In this document: in pieces, positions 23,967 to 36,329 of the stretch | Numbering within the stretch: position 1 is the stretch's first letter | Layout of the letters: each line of letters begins with the position of its first letter | NCBI GenBank assembly: GCA_046563655.1 | Contig: CM102289.1 | Location: forward strand, 1,984,001-2,048,000 | DNA: 64,000 bases | Source of the DNA: Yuukianura sp. NJ FZ-2021 | Lineage: Eukaryota | Direction: 5' to 3' | Made by a program: the position numbers and the translations under genes | The notes under the pieces: generated by a model | Database searches by the model: none | The model's input: only the letters and a program-made list of their open reading frames with translations | What the model was told of the DNA's origin: nothing

Positions 23967-26900
23967 ATGTATCCTACGTTAAAACTGTTTTGTTCTGTGT
24001 TGGTAATTTTTAGTTTTAGCTGGCTAACTCAAGGACAAGTTCAACTTGGATTTGGGCATTACTTAGAACCTGTTTTAAAAAGAACCGAAACCGGAAATGG
24101 AACACTACTGCGTAATGGTGACATTACAATTCAACTAAAGTGTATGGCAACGTACCCGACGGAGTGGATTTTCAATGTGGATGATGTAAGTCCCAGGTCA
24201 AATCCCAGACCGGTAAGGTCAAAGGTCAAGCTTTTACTAAATTTTTTGCTTGTAGAAGAAACAAAACTATGGAAAGATGCTACGGTATGAGTGGACAGAT
24301 CGTAAGTTCCGGAATTCTATACAGGAAGCGACTTATGACTACACAGCTTTGATTCAAGTCCAATTCTCAACTATGGTTTCCATGGAAACATTCATATGCC
24401 AAGCAGTTGGAGGTGACCAGGACAGTATAATAGTTCAAATGAAACCAAAAACGGACACGGTGGAAATCACAACCAAGGTTATTGACTCCACACGTCAGCC
24501 AATTGAGCCAACTGAAGCGCCATCTACCTGCGATTTCCTGTTTTCATTCATGTACGTCGAGGAGTTTGGGTATTACGCAAGGTGCTCCAGTACGCTTGCG
24601 CCGGATAGCGTCATAGCAGTTGACGACTACGACTGTCCATACTCTGCCGCCTACTGTGCAAATACTTTCAGGGCAGTGAAAATGCTGCAAGTATGTCTCC
24701 ATTTCAACTTAAAAAGTTACTTTGAAAGTTTAGGTTAGGTACCTAACCTAAGTGAATAAGCTCCAATTTTTTGAAAACTTTTTACGTAGAATAGTTGTAC
24801 AGAGCTGCACATCGGGAATCCTCAACGGTTAAATGAAACTGGTTGGACTAAAATTGGAGGAAAGGATAAAAGTGTGTTGATTCCAGGAACGGTTGTGTGT
24901 TCAATTCAAGGAAAGCGTAGCGCTCAAGAATATTTCTTTTCTGCACCTACGGAAATCCCGGGAAAAAGAAACATACGTTAGAAAAATTGAAAAAAAAAAT
25001 CATTTTTTAACGCGTTCTGAATTTTTTGAAACAACTTTGTTTAGACTTTTCATGGGACGAAATTCAACCAAATGCGATGGTGTGGACGAATCCGCCAAAG
25101 TTTGACCCAAAATACTTTACAGGTCACAGTCTCAGCATTGCTTGTACGGTACCAAAATATGGATTCTCATTTGACCCCGTTCTAGTCGTCAGAATTAATG
25201 GCACAACTTATTTAGAAGGTGTCTGTACAAGTGAAATTTTTGCTAAAATTGGAAAAACTTGAAGTTAAAAAAATTTTCTAACTTTTTGGAAATCTTTACC
25301 GTTAGATGGAAGTTTCACTGAAGATCAGAAAGAGCGAACATGGACAATGACATACGAAGCAAAGTTGGACAAGCGCGGAGTTTATGAAATAAAGTGTTTG
25401 GGTCCAGTTTGGAATACAACTGAATGGGCTGGAAAATCAATTGGATTTGTTGTCACTGGTTAGACAATTTTAAAATTTTAGTGACCAATTTCAAAATTTT
25501 GAAACCGTATTTTTCAAAGTACAGATCCTATTCCACCCCATTTTGACAAAGTGACTGAGAAATTTGAATTCACTGAAGGGGCAACTGGAAAAGAAATTTT
25601 GTGTGAAGCTTTAGGAGATCCAAACCCCAATGTTGAATGGATAGTTGGAAACGTACGACAAAAATATTTTGAAATTCTCAGATTTTCATTATTTTTAAAA
25701 TTTTCGAATTAACCTCAGAAAAATTAATTTCTGTATGCAGACATTGCCAAATATAAAGGTCCAAAGGTCAAACGTTGACATTTCTGACAGTCACAGGAAT
25801 GGTACAAGGAGAATATACTTGCAAAGCAACAAACAACCTTGGGCAAACAGCAACCAAAACAATTTCTGTTATTGTCAAAAAACAAAGTTAGTCACGCATT
25901 CGGAACTTCAAATTTGTCATTTACGATTCAAACAAATTTTATTTTCTGCAATATCGCAGATCCAACAGATATTGCCGGAATTGCAGTTGGCGTTTCCGTT
26001 GGAATTGTAATTTTGGTTTTCGCCGGCCTGGTTTACTTTTACGTTAAATTTAAAAAATTAAACAACATCATCAGTGGTTTGACGATGGCAGAAATTCTGG
26101 AATTCCGGGAAGGCAAAAGGAAGAATCCAAACGAACTAAAAACCTCTGCAGATTTTATCGAGTCACTCGCCTATAACAACTCTTATGAGTTACCAAAAAG
26201 CAAATTTGTCGTGGGTAACATTAAAACACAACATTTTTTTTGAAAATGACAGAATTTGTTGAAAAATTACGAAATTTGGAAAAATTTACCTAGATACAAG
26301 TCGACCATTGGGTTCGGGCGCATTCGGAATAGTGTACAAGGGAAAAGTACAGACAGAGGCTGGAGAAATTGAAGCAGCATTTAAAACGATTAAAAAGGAA
26401 GCGGACATTAGCTACGTCAAATCACTGTTATCCGAACTCAAAATTTTGATTCATCTGGGACATCATGAGTCAATTGTCAACTTAATTGGAGCTTGGACCG
26501 AAAATATCAAACATCGTAATTAAAACTTCCATTTCATGAAACAAATTTTTGGTAATTTCAAATTTTTTGAAAATTCTTTCTCCAATATGCCTTTCGCAGG
26601 TGAACTTTTTGTCGCAGTGGAGCTTTGCCAATATTGTCTTTCAAATTTTCTGAGAGAAAATTCGTCAGCGTTTCTAAGCTACGTAAAGAATGGTAAAATG
26701 CTCACTCAGCCGATTTTGAGGTAGAATTTGAACTTTTCAAATTTACAAAATTTTACATCAAGTTAATAACTGTCACATTTTTGTCTAAAATTTTAGCGAT
26801 TCGGCTTACCACAATATCATATACAGTCGAAATTTCTCTACGTTCACCTTAGTGAAGTGGGCAACGGAAATCGCCTCAGCTCTGGAATATATTTCAACCA

Positions 26901-27567
26901 AGCATGTAAGACGAGAAACATAAGCAATATTTTAAAAATTGCGGCAAAAGCAAAATGTCAATGACTTTGACCGTTTTACAGATCATCCATGGCGACATTG
27001 CTGCACGCAACATTTTGCTTTCGTTTGACCTTGAAGCAAAGTTGTGTGATTTTGGCCTTGCTAAGCAACTTGTCGACTACAACTACATCAAATCGGAGCA
27101 GGAAAGTTGTATTTAACTTTGCACAAAATTCGTTCGAAATTTTGAAATTTGGTATAATTATAGTGCCCGTTGCCATGGAAATGGATGGCGATTGAATCTC
27201 TTCGCCAAATGAACTTTTCGACCAAGTCAGACGTGTGGGCCTACGGTATAACGTTATGGGAAATGTTTACTCTTGGAGACATTCCTTATCCTGGACTAAA
27301 CTGGTCTACGGACTTTGTCGATCAATTGGAAAGGGGACTACGCTTGAAACAACCAGGATACTGCCCAAATGAAATGTATTAGAATATTTTTTTAATCACA
27401 ACAAACATTTAAATTTAATCTTAATCATTTTTATTAATTAACTTGGCTTCAGATGGGAACTAATGATTCTGTGTTGGCAAAATAATCCCGACAGCCGTCC
27501 ATCGTTCAAAGTACTTAGAGAGTCTCTTGAAACGTTTCAAAAACAAGACAACCATGGTCGTATTTAA
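23967..27567 (+). CDS. Receptor tyrosine kinase, PVR/VEGFR-like, Ig-type ectodomain, multi-exon
   Basis: Signal peptide; Ig motifs CEALGDPNPNVEW and GEYTCKATN; TM helix; kinase motifs GSGAFG, HGDIAARN, DFG, LPWKWMAIES, SDVWAYG; stop at 27565-27567. Confidence 0.92.
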
Positions 27568-27973
27568 AGTAAACCTCCTTACACTACGTGACATGGAAAA
27601 TGTGTTTTGAAAATAACATTGTATCTTACTTCTAAATTAGTACTTATTTTAAAGAAAGAAAACATGGTTTTACAATTTCACTTAGTGAAATTTCCTTTGC
27701 AATTCTGGAGTGGTGTTAGAAAGATATAATTTTGAAAGGTATTCAACCAGTATGGTTTTATGTGTTTTACTCAAAACTTTGTCGCTTCCAAATTTTATTC
27801 TTTCAATTTTTCTAGTCTACTTTTAAAATTCCCTGTCATACAATTTTAGTTCTAATTTGGACGGCGTCACCTCATTAGCTAGCGTTTTGTTTCATAATTT
27901 TTAGAATTTCTAAGTAGAAAATTTTAGAACCTGCCGAAGGCAAGGTAGACCGACAATGGTAAAAGAACGAAAT

Positions 27974-28220
27974 ACCTTCAATCAATATCTTTTCAATTTT
28001 TACCATCTTAACTTCCCTCTCCTTTTTTGCATTAATTTTTAGTTTAAAATATTTACTTTTATTAGTACACTAAAAACGTTCCAGTCTAACAGTAGAACCG
28101 TTCAATATAATTAAACCTTCGCCAAAAATTCAACGAGTTCCGCTTTTCTATTTTTAGCGGGTACGGTTTTTTGAACATGCGCGGACGATTTGAACAATGC
28201 AGCGTTTGGAGACAGGTAAA
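27974..28220 (+). pseudogene. Remnant of a GULLO gene upstream region plus signal-peptide exon
   Basis: Close match to 47263-47522; the ATG has become ACG, with an internal deletion and a TGA; donor gacag|gtaaa retained. Confidence 0.8.
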
Positions 28221-28259
28221 CGTACACACAACTTAACAAAATTCGATCTTCTGATTATA

Positions 28260-31045
28260 TTAAGGTATTACCGATGCCGAGTCCAACCATGAGGCTCTGC
28301 TCGTAGGTCCTGAAGGTAATGAGCTAATCCAGTTTTTCAAGCTGCACCTTGCAAATTCAACTTTCTCCTCCACAAAAATGTGTTCACACCCAACAAATTC
28401 ATTCTGTCGTTTCTGGACATGCTTAAGGGAGCGCAGATTTGGGAATTTTTTCCTTAATAATTGCAATGTCGTTGCCTTGCAGCTAACCTCAAGGGAAATT
28501 GCCAAAGTTTTGATCTGTGATATTGGTCGCACGTCGTCTTCGGTGTTATTGATACCGAAAATGCACTTGTACACAGCTTCGGGCATTCCGCTAGGAAGTA
28601 TGTAAGTGAGAGAGCGGAGAGAAGGGAGTAACGAATCGACTAGTCCACCCTGGAAGTACATCAAAATATACAATAATACTTAAGAAATAAAACTTTGACC
28701 ATCCAGGAAGTTACTGGATAATATGAAGTGTGTTGCACATGGATTAAGGGCTAGGTTTTTTGAGGGTTCAGTGTGAGATGCCAGGATGCCACTAACAAAG
28801 TTTAAACAAGCACGTATGATTAACCCAGGGTTAGTATACTCTAGATTGATCATCCAGCAATCCCGGACTAACCCTGCGCATTTTACAATTCTCAAAGACG
28901 TACCTGCAATATTTCCCGCAAACCAACAAAGTCTTTAAAGTAAGCTGGATCATTGCTGATTGGGGATTCCGAGATTTTTAGAACTTCGAGTTGTGGCAGA
29001 TGACACAACTGTAGTCGTGCCCATGTTCTGTACCTCTCGTCTTCTAAATACCGAAGGCAAAATTCTTTTAAGGCTTCCGAATGATGTTGCAAAACTCTTG
29101 ATAGTCCCTTGAAATTGTGAAACGTCGAATGGCATTCAATGCACAAATAGGTGAGTTTCCTTGGAAGTAGTAATTGTGGTGTACTCCACTCATCGTCTAG
29201 TCTATGCCCATTTAACCGAATGGAAATGCCTTCCAATCTAATGAGACCTTGTGGGTGTGATCTTTGTATTTCTTCGATCGCTTGCGTAGCTGCGTTTTCA
29301 TATCGCCAGTAACTAGGGTATCCCACACCAAATGCTACGTGGTCTATCAACAAGTGCTCAACGCTAGGAAAAAGTCCAAGTATGTGAACGTATGATATTC
29401 GGGAAATTTTCTTCTCGAGTTTCTGAAAAAAAGGAATAGAAAATTTGAGGTATAGATAAAAGAAATTGGAGGAAGACCACTTTCGCGTATAGTAAATTAT
29501 TGAGACAAATAAAATTTATCTTTAGTACAAGTATAATCACCCGTGCTCGCTCATCTCGGTAGCAGAACCCAAACTTTTTTCGCTTCACCCAAGGTTGTTT
29601 GAATTACTGGACCAGTTCCTCAAAAACCTTGAGTTTGGCGCTTATAACCTAACCATTTTGAGGTAAATTATGAATGAGAGACTTACGATTCTTGGCATTA
29701 AGGTTTTCAAACCCAACATTGTCAGTCTTGGGATGTAAGGCGGTTCAATCTTAACGTTTAAGATGGATTGTTCATTATGCGTGCAAATGAAGATGTAAAG
29801 TGCCTTTAAATTTGTCATAGATGAAAGTAACTTTGAAAATAGCTGTGCGTCTGCATTGGTTGAAAGTGCGATTTCGATGTCAAGCGATGTCACCAGATGG
29901 GTTATAGTAGGTGTGAGATGATACTGGAACAGCACTTTATCCATATATTTCGAATGGTTTTGCGGTATCCAATAATGTCTCGCAAATTTTGGCTCATTTT
30001 TCCAACGGTGGGAAGAAAAAATTGGGAGCAAAAGGCAAATGTGGACGCGGATGGAATATTTTGCACAAAAAGAGAGGAAGTTGCCACTTTTCCATTTGTG
30101 TTCTACGTCCAAAGGTCGGATAAGTACGTAAATACTCAGTTTTTTTTAGCGATTGTAGCACTTTGCGGACGTTTATAAACTTAGTTTTAAAAACTTTCTT
30201 GACCATAAAAACATTTTAGGGCATTTTTCTGTTGGTAAATATGTCAAAATATAAACTTGTTGCCCAAAAATATCCAAATTCTTCACAAATTTAAACAAAT
30301 TTTGTTCAAATCAAATCAACCTAACCTAATTAACTAATTCCATTAATTGACAAATCCGGTTTGTCGATATGGTTTTGGAAAAATACACTGAAAAAAACCG
30401 GCGAATTCAGCTTCAGAAAAAATATTAGAAAAGAAATATCACGCAACAGTTGACTGCGTATTAACACGAAAAACGTGAAATGTCTTTGGTTGTCAATTTT
30501 GACCTTGTCACATGAATTACAGAGGAATAAATTAGTGATATTTCTTAATTGTTGTGACTTTTCACAACTTTTTTGAAACACTTTTTCGGAACATTTCCGA
30601 GCAATTTTGAAAGACTTTTAAGTGTTTAAAATGAGTTTTTGGAGCGTACTTGTTCGACCTTTGTCTATGTCGTTAAATGCATTTGCAGACTTCAATGTTA
30701 TTTTAATCTTGTTTGAAAACTTGATTGAAGCCTCTTCTTCCCATATGCGACAGACCAAGCGGAGAGACTTCAAGCACTGGAGGTCGACGTATTGGAATAT
30801 GTTGTCCAAAACCTGTTAGAATGTTTTCATCCTTGTCAAAAAGCATTTATCAAAAACAAATGAAATTCTGAGGTCGAGATTTTTCTTTTAAAATTGGGCC
30901 AATATTTAGTGAGGGCATTCGAAACCAATGAATTAATCAGACAGACAGACAAATATACAATCAAGGTCAAACTATTAAGTAGCTTGCGCTACTTAATAAA
31001 GAGACTTTTCTTTAGTTCGTTCTGGTATTGTCTAAAATTTCCCAT
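28260..31045 (-). pseudogene. F-box/LRR-like gene, probably disrupted
   Basis: F-box motif VLDNIFQYVDLQCLKSLRLVCRIWEEEA; LRR-like segments LPQLEVLKI, LPSLRSLTY, FPNLRSLK; in-frame TAA at 30618-30620. The 5' end is uncertain. Confidence 0.6.
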
Positions 31046-32554
31046 GTTGTTACTGGAGTTGGAAACATTTCAAGTGAAAGTAGAAAAAAGCAGTGGGGGG
31101 AACCATCAACGTTACAACACAAGTACAAGTACAACAGTAACTTGAAAAATAGTAAAACTTGGCAGAAACATGTTTCTTTCGATTTCTTCTTTAAAAAGCA
31201 AACAAATTCAAATTATTCAAAGAGATCTAATAAAATTTTCCCAGCGTATTTCTGCTTACGTATACGTTTTGATGCCAAACAGGCTGTGGTCTCACGTTTC
31301 TCGTATTCATTTGTGACAAGTTTTTAACGCTACTACACAATCTCTAATTGAACGAAATTCGAGTTGGACTTGGAAGACTTGAGTTTAAGCTTCTATTTTT
31401 TACGCTAGAACCTTGAATGAGGAAAACCAAACCGGTTGAATTACGGGCAAACGGACTAGCTGAGCCACAACTCCATTTCAAGTCACACTAGACGTTGAAC
31501 ATATTTTTTACGCGCTGGGTAGTGCGCAGTACCGTGATGTTTACTTAAATATTATTAATAACTTCTGTCCCGGGTTTAGAAGGAAGGTTAGTATTTCCGA
31601 CGTTTTGTGCAAAACTAATCGTCTTTTCAGAATACTATGATGATTACGAGCACACTATTTTGATTATTCTTACTGATTTTACTTAGCCAATTTGAGTGGG
31701 AATATGTATTTTAAATAGCATTTAAATCACTTTTATATTTCAAGTGGACAAAGCTTTTATGCTTTGAATTTACAGAAAATAGTGTCACACACAAGGTGTA
31801 ACACTTCCAATCGCCAGCAAACTCAAGGTTGCTATAGCAACGAAATTGTTTTGCTTTAAGAGGTTTGGCAATAAGTCCTGTTTACGAAAAAATTCGCTCC
31901 AAACAATTCCCCCCCCCCCCTCCCCAATTTTCACCCAATCCCACTTGATTGCATATAAATCATTACCATTGGAAGGCACGGTGAACCAATTTTTGCTAAT
32001 TTTTAAACAAAATTTAAAACGCTTGAGTTTTTGCCTAGCCTGTTGAAGAAAAAACTATTTTTTGTTTACAAACCTTGAGCGAACTTCTTACCAATAAGTA
32101 AATTTGCAGCATGTGAGAACAGCAATTACACGGTTGTTTTTGAATGTATTAAAATACTATGGTCGTAACCATAGACCTCCCCTGTAGCTTCTGGGTTCAA
32201 AATTGAACGTATGTTTTCACCCAACCAGATTTCGTGTTTTGTCGGAAGAATCGAAGTGACAACAAACTATGTAGAGAAATGAGGGGAAAGTCCATAGTCT
32301 AGTGAATAAAATAACTAAACTAACGATTTGTATTATTCCAAGTGAGATTTTCCAAAATTGTATTTTCATTTTGAAAACAACGGAGTTATGAGACTGACTT
32401 AGAATGAGATTTATATTAACATTGAATTTGAACAGGGTAGCGGAGATGCTCAAGGTTTGCTGGAGAGAGGGAAAACTAGTGGGACTGTCTTAATATGCTG
32501 GCATTATGTTGGCATTAATATGCAAGCAAAAATGAAGCGAAACTCCTTACAATT

Positions 32555-33005
32555 TCTCATTTAAAGGGGGGGGGGTCCCAGGGGGGATGAATGCCCCCTT
32601 CTATACATTCCCAGTAGCCAGCCTTGCAATGTGCGTAAGGAGGACGGCTTGCCTTGTCCATGCACACTCTATAGTTTAGATTCTGCACTTTTGATCCCAA
32701 TTTTGACCCAATCGGTGAGCTCAGAAACCCGTGGGTCATATACCAAAGTTGCCCACCTCAACGAGATGAGCAATTTTTGTAGCGGTTATTTTTCATGCTA
32801 CCGGGGATTGAACTGGTTGACCGTGACCTTTGACCCGGTAGGAGTTGACGTAGTGGGATCACATTCAATAGCGAACATGTCCGAGTCATGACATGTAGAT
32901 GAAAACCGGACTGAATCGGTCCAGTAGTTTCTGATATAATTGAGCTGACAGACGAACGGACGGACAGACAGACGTGAATCCGAACATAATGTACCTTTCG
33001 CTACT
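32555..33005. mobile_element. Non-autonomous Helitron-like (DINE/Lep1-type) element, boundaries approximate
   Basis: aatcggtccagtagtttctga followed by a gacagacgaacggacggacagacagac microsatellite, an arrangement typical of arthropod non-autonomous rolling-circle elements. Confidence 0.5.
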
Positions 33006-33982
33006 TAATAATGGTACAAATTCAACTTATACAGTTTTCGTAAGACGTTTGGCTGTTATAACGATTTGCTCTTTATCTTATATTTAGTGCACTAAATATT
33101 TTATACATTAGATTTACCTATAATATTAATTCTGGCATTATTGACTTTGATATTTTATGTAAATTTAAGCAAGATTTGTTCAAGGCCATGTAACTTAAGG
33201 TTTCATAGTTATTAAAGTAATAATGACACATAACACAATTTAGCAAACTTCGGTGAAGATGCTGAGGTTGTTGAAATTAACCTCTATACCGTTGAAAGTA
33301 TAGAAAATATACACTAAGTTTATTCTCACTATAAATTTATCTGGTGTCATTTTATCATTATGTCACATGTAAACCGATCACCTACTCGTGAAAAATAAAA
33401 TGAATACATCTACAACGCAAAAAAAATCAGTTTTAAAATCCAGTTCGCCAAAATCAAGTTCATGATTTAAAATAATACGCTACCAGAATGCTTCCCATTA
33501 TTGCCGGGGCTTCGCCCCACACCCATCCAATCCACCTATTCGAAATTTAGGCTTTTCATCCGAACACTTGCTAAGACCCAATCAAAGCATAACATTTGAC
33601 CTCAATCCATGCTTCGCATTGTCAGGCCTTGCTGTCTTTACCAAACAACCTCCTTAAACTTCGTATTTTATCTTCACTATTTTAACTTTTCAATTTATTT
33701 CTCATACTCCTTTTAAGTTACATTATTCGAATTATGATTTTGGGACTTCCCAAAGAAGCGATAAGAAGTTGGAGGTTACATGATGTAAAAATAGCGGTGT
33801 AACTGCCCTCTGATAAAGGGAGTATTTTTTCCGTAACCTTAAAACCTAGAGAACGGCTTCTTCCCTAAAGTTGCTTTAATACTACTTCCAATCACCACTG
33901 GGTTAGGTCACCTTCAAAAATTACAAAATTTTGAACACAAGCTGTAATTTGTTTCGCCGAATTTGTCCCTTCTGCAACTATT

Positions 33983-35439
33983 ATGTCGGAAGCAGGTACG
34001 TGAACGAGGAAGAAAACATACATACGTGAAGTTTATAATTGGGATTTGCAAGTTTAAATTCTGTTGAAATTAACATTAATTTTTAGGACCGAGCAGACTC
34101 ATCACAGCGAAGGAATTTGCTTCGAATTTGGAGTTACTTATTCGTGTGAAGTTCTGGAAAGAGGTACTTTTTTCAGTCTAAAAGTTTGATTTTGACAATT
34201 TTGATTACGGACAACCACCAACTCTAAAACAATTACAAAGCATATTTTATTTTTATTATTTGTTGTTAGGGACTTCCAGTTGAAGAAATTTGTAGTATAT
34301 ACCATCACTACTATGATAAATCTGTCCACCCATCGAATTTTATCAATTCCGCACGACAACCATACGCTTCCTGGAAAGATGCCATCTCATACACGAATGA
34401 AATTTGTTCAAAATTGAAATATAGCGCAAAAAACAGAGAAACTGCCATGGTTAAACTGGAATCTCCAACGCCATCCGAGTCAGAATGCAAAGTGATACTT
34501 CAGTTGACGAAATTCCTACGTAAGTAGTTGATACGCTAAACAGGATTACGATTTAAGATATAACGCGACTCTCCGTTTTTAAATTTAGCAGCTTCTGGAA
34601 TTTTGTAAGGAACTTAATTTTTCCGAAATGTTTCCTTACTGTGTAGTTTTTATTGTATGTATGTATGTGTATTTTAGCGAAAGAAGCAGACACGAGTAAA
34701 AAAACTGGCAAGGACGCTGATGCATTAAGACGTATGTGAAAGGATTAAGCTGGTCATCGTATAAGTGTTTAATCTTGGACGTCATTTTGCAGGAGAAAAG
34801 AAGGGTTTGACGGCAATCGAAGCTGACAATTGGGAACACTTTATTTGGAACTTGAAAATGCTGATCAGTGTTAGATACCCGGACGTAAGATAAATAACCT
34901 AAAGCCATTTCAACACAAAATGCGAAGCTGATAAAAAACTACTTGAAGTATGCTTAAGTTTGTACTGGAAGTATAAACTTAACTGCTTTTAGAGAGCTCT
35001 TTTAGTCACTTTCCACCGGATACTTTAAGTTTGATTTGCTTTTACTCAAGGGAATTGATTTTCGGAAAATTGATGTCGAGTTTGAAAAGTATTTCAAATT
35101 GGATGCCGCCAGTTTCCGGCGCGAGAAAAAACATGTGTCATGGAAGGCTGCTTTAAAGCATGAAACCAAACTTCAACAACATTTCTCTGCGGCGTACACG
35201 CAACACGCTCAAAAAATTTGCAACAAAGAAATTAATGACGGTGAACTAAAGCAAATCCTCAAGCTAGGATGTCATTCAAGAAAAGTTGGTAAGCTTAACA
35301 ACAAGAAGAATCATGTTATTTTACGTTCAATTGTTACGTCACGTTCAAATTTGGTTTAAGTTTCAAAGAAATGTTAAAGAATGTACCAGGGAAAGAGCTG
35401 GGAAAACTCCGCGTCGTCCAAGGGAAATTCAAACACTAA
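33983..35439 (+). CDS. Spliced gene with two LOTUS/OST-HTH-like repeats; exons 33983-33995, 34087-34163, 34270-34519, 34678-34731, 34793-34884, 35051-35288; last exon uncertain
   Basis: Phase-consistent GT-AG introns give an open frame; two internal repeats (EFASNLELLIRVKFWKE|GLPVEEI..YASWKDAI and HFIWNLKMLISVRYPD|GIDFRKI..HVSWKAAL) share the same intron position. Confidence 0.7.
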
Positions 35440-36329
35440 AACCTGAGTCATGGTTACTACACGAACTGTACTAATTTTCTCTTGTCAAAGGTCATGCATA
35501 CTAACTTTTCCGAGCCGTAAAATGTTTATTTGTAAGCAATTGTGAACTCTGAAAATTGTGACATAATTGCAATGTGTGAACCCCTATAATTCGAAAGTGG
35601 TCTCCTGTGTCTTCCTTTTCCGATATCAAATCTAGAGTGCCGTAATTTTTTTTAACAACAAATTTTGTTCACAGGATGTACAAACTATACGTCCATGTAT
35701 TTTCATCATGGCTTCCATGTATACAACTAAGACATTAACTCGAGTTAATTTTGTTCAAGATGAATCCATCTTTGAGGTTTTTTGAAAATGTTATTCTAGC
35801 TCTAAGGTATTTAATTTTTCCTACAGTTGTAACGAGCGAACTTACACTCGCAAACCCCATTCAGCGCCATGGTGTAACTTGACATCTTTTTTGGGAATAG
35901 GCAATTATTCGTGATTGGGTTTTATAACTAAAAAATTGACTTTCACTTCCAAAAACATCAACTTTGTGTTACAGAATTCCACCCCCATATGACCTCACTC
36001 CAGCTCAATTGAGATTTTGTGTAGTATGTCAAATGCAAAGTTCTGTTCGATTTTTGATCTTTTAGATTTTGGTAATAAATAATCAAAGTAATGTTGAAGT
36101 TATGGCGCTAAGTTTTTCGTAAAAGTTGTAAACTAATTTGACGTGCATTATGTAATTGTTGTGGCGGAAAACCGCAAAACAGCAAAGATTTGTTTCGTCG
36201 CGTTTTTACCTTATTAGAAAGGAAGTCCAAAACTTTTGACTTGTATGAACGTTATTTATAGTGAAAGCTTCGCTTGAAAAACCGATACTGCTGGCTTTAT
36301 TTTAAACGGAGAGAAGAATTGTTTTGTTT

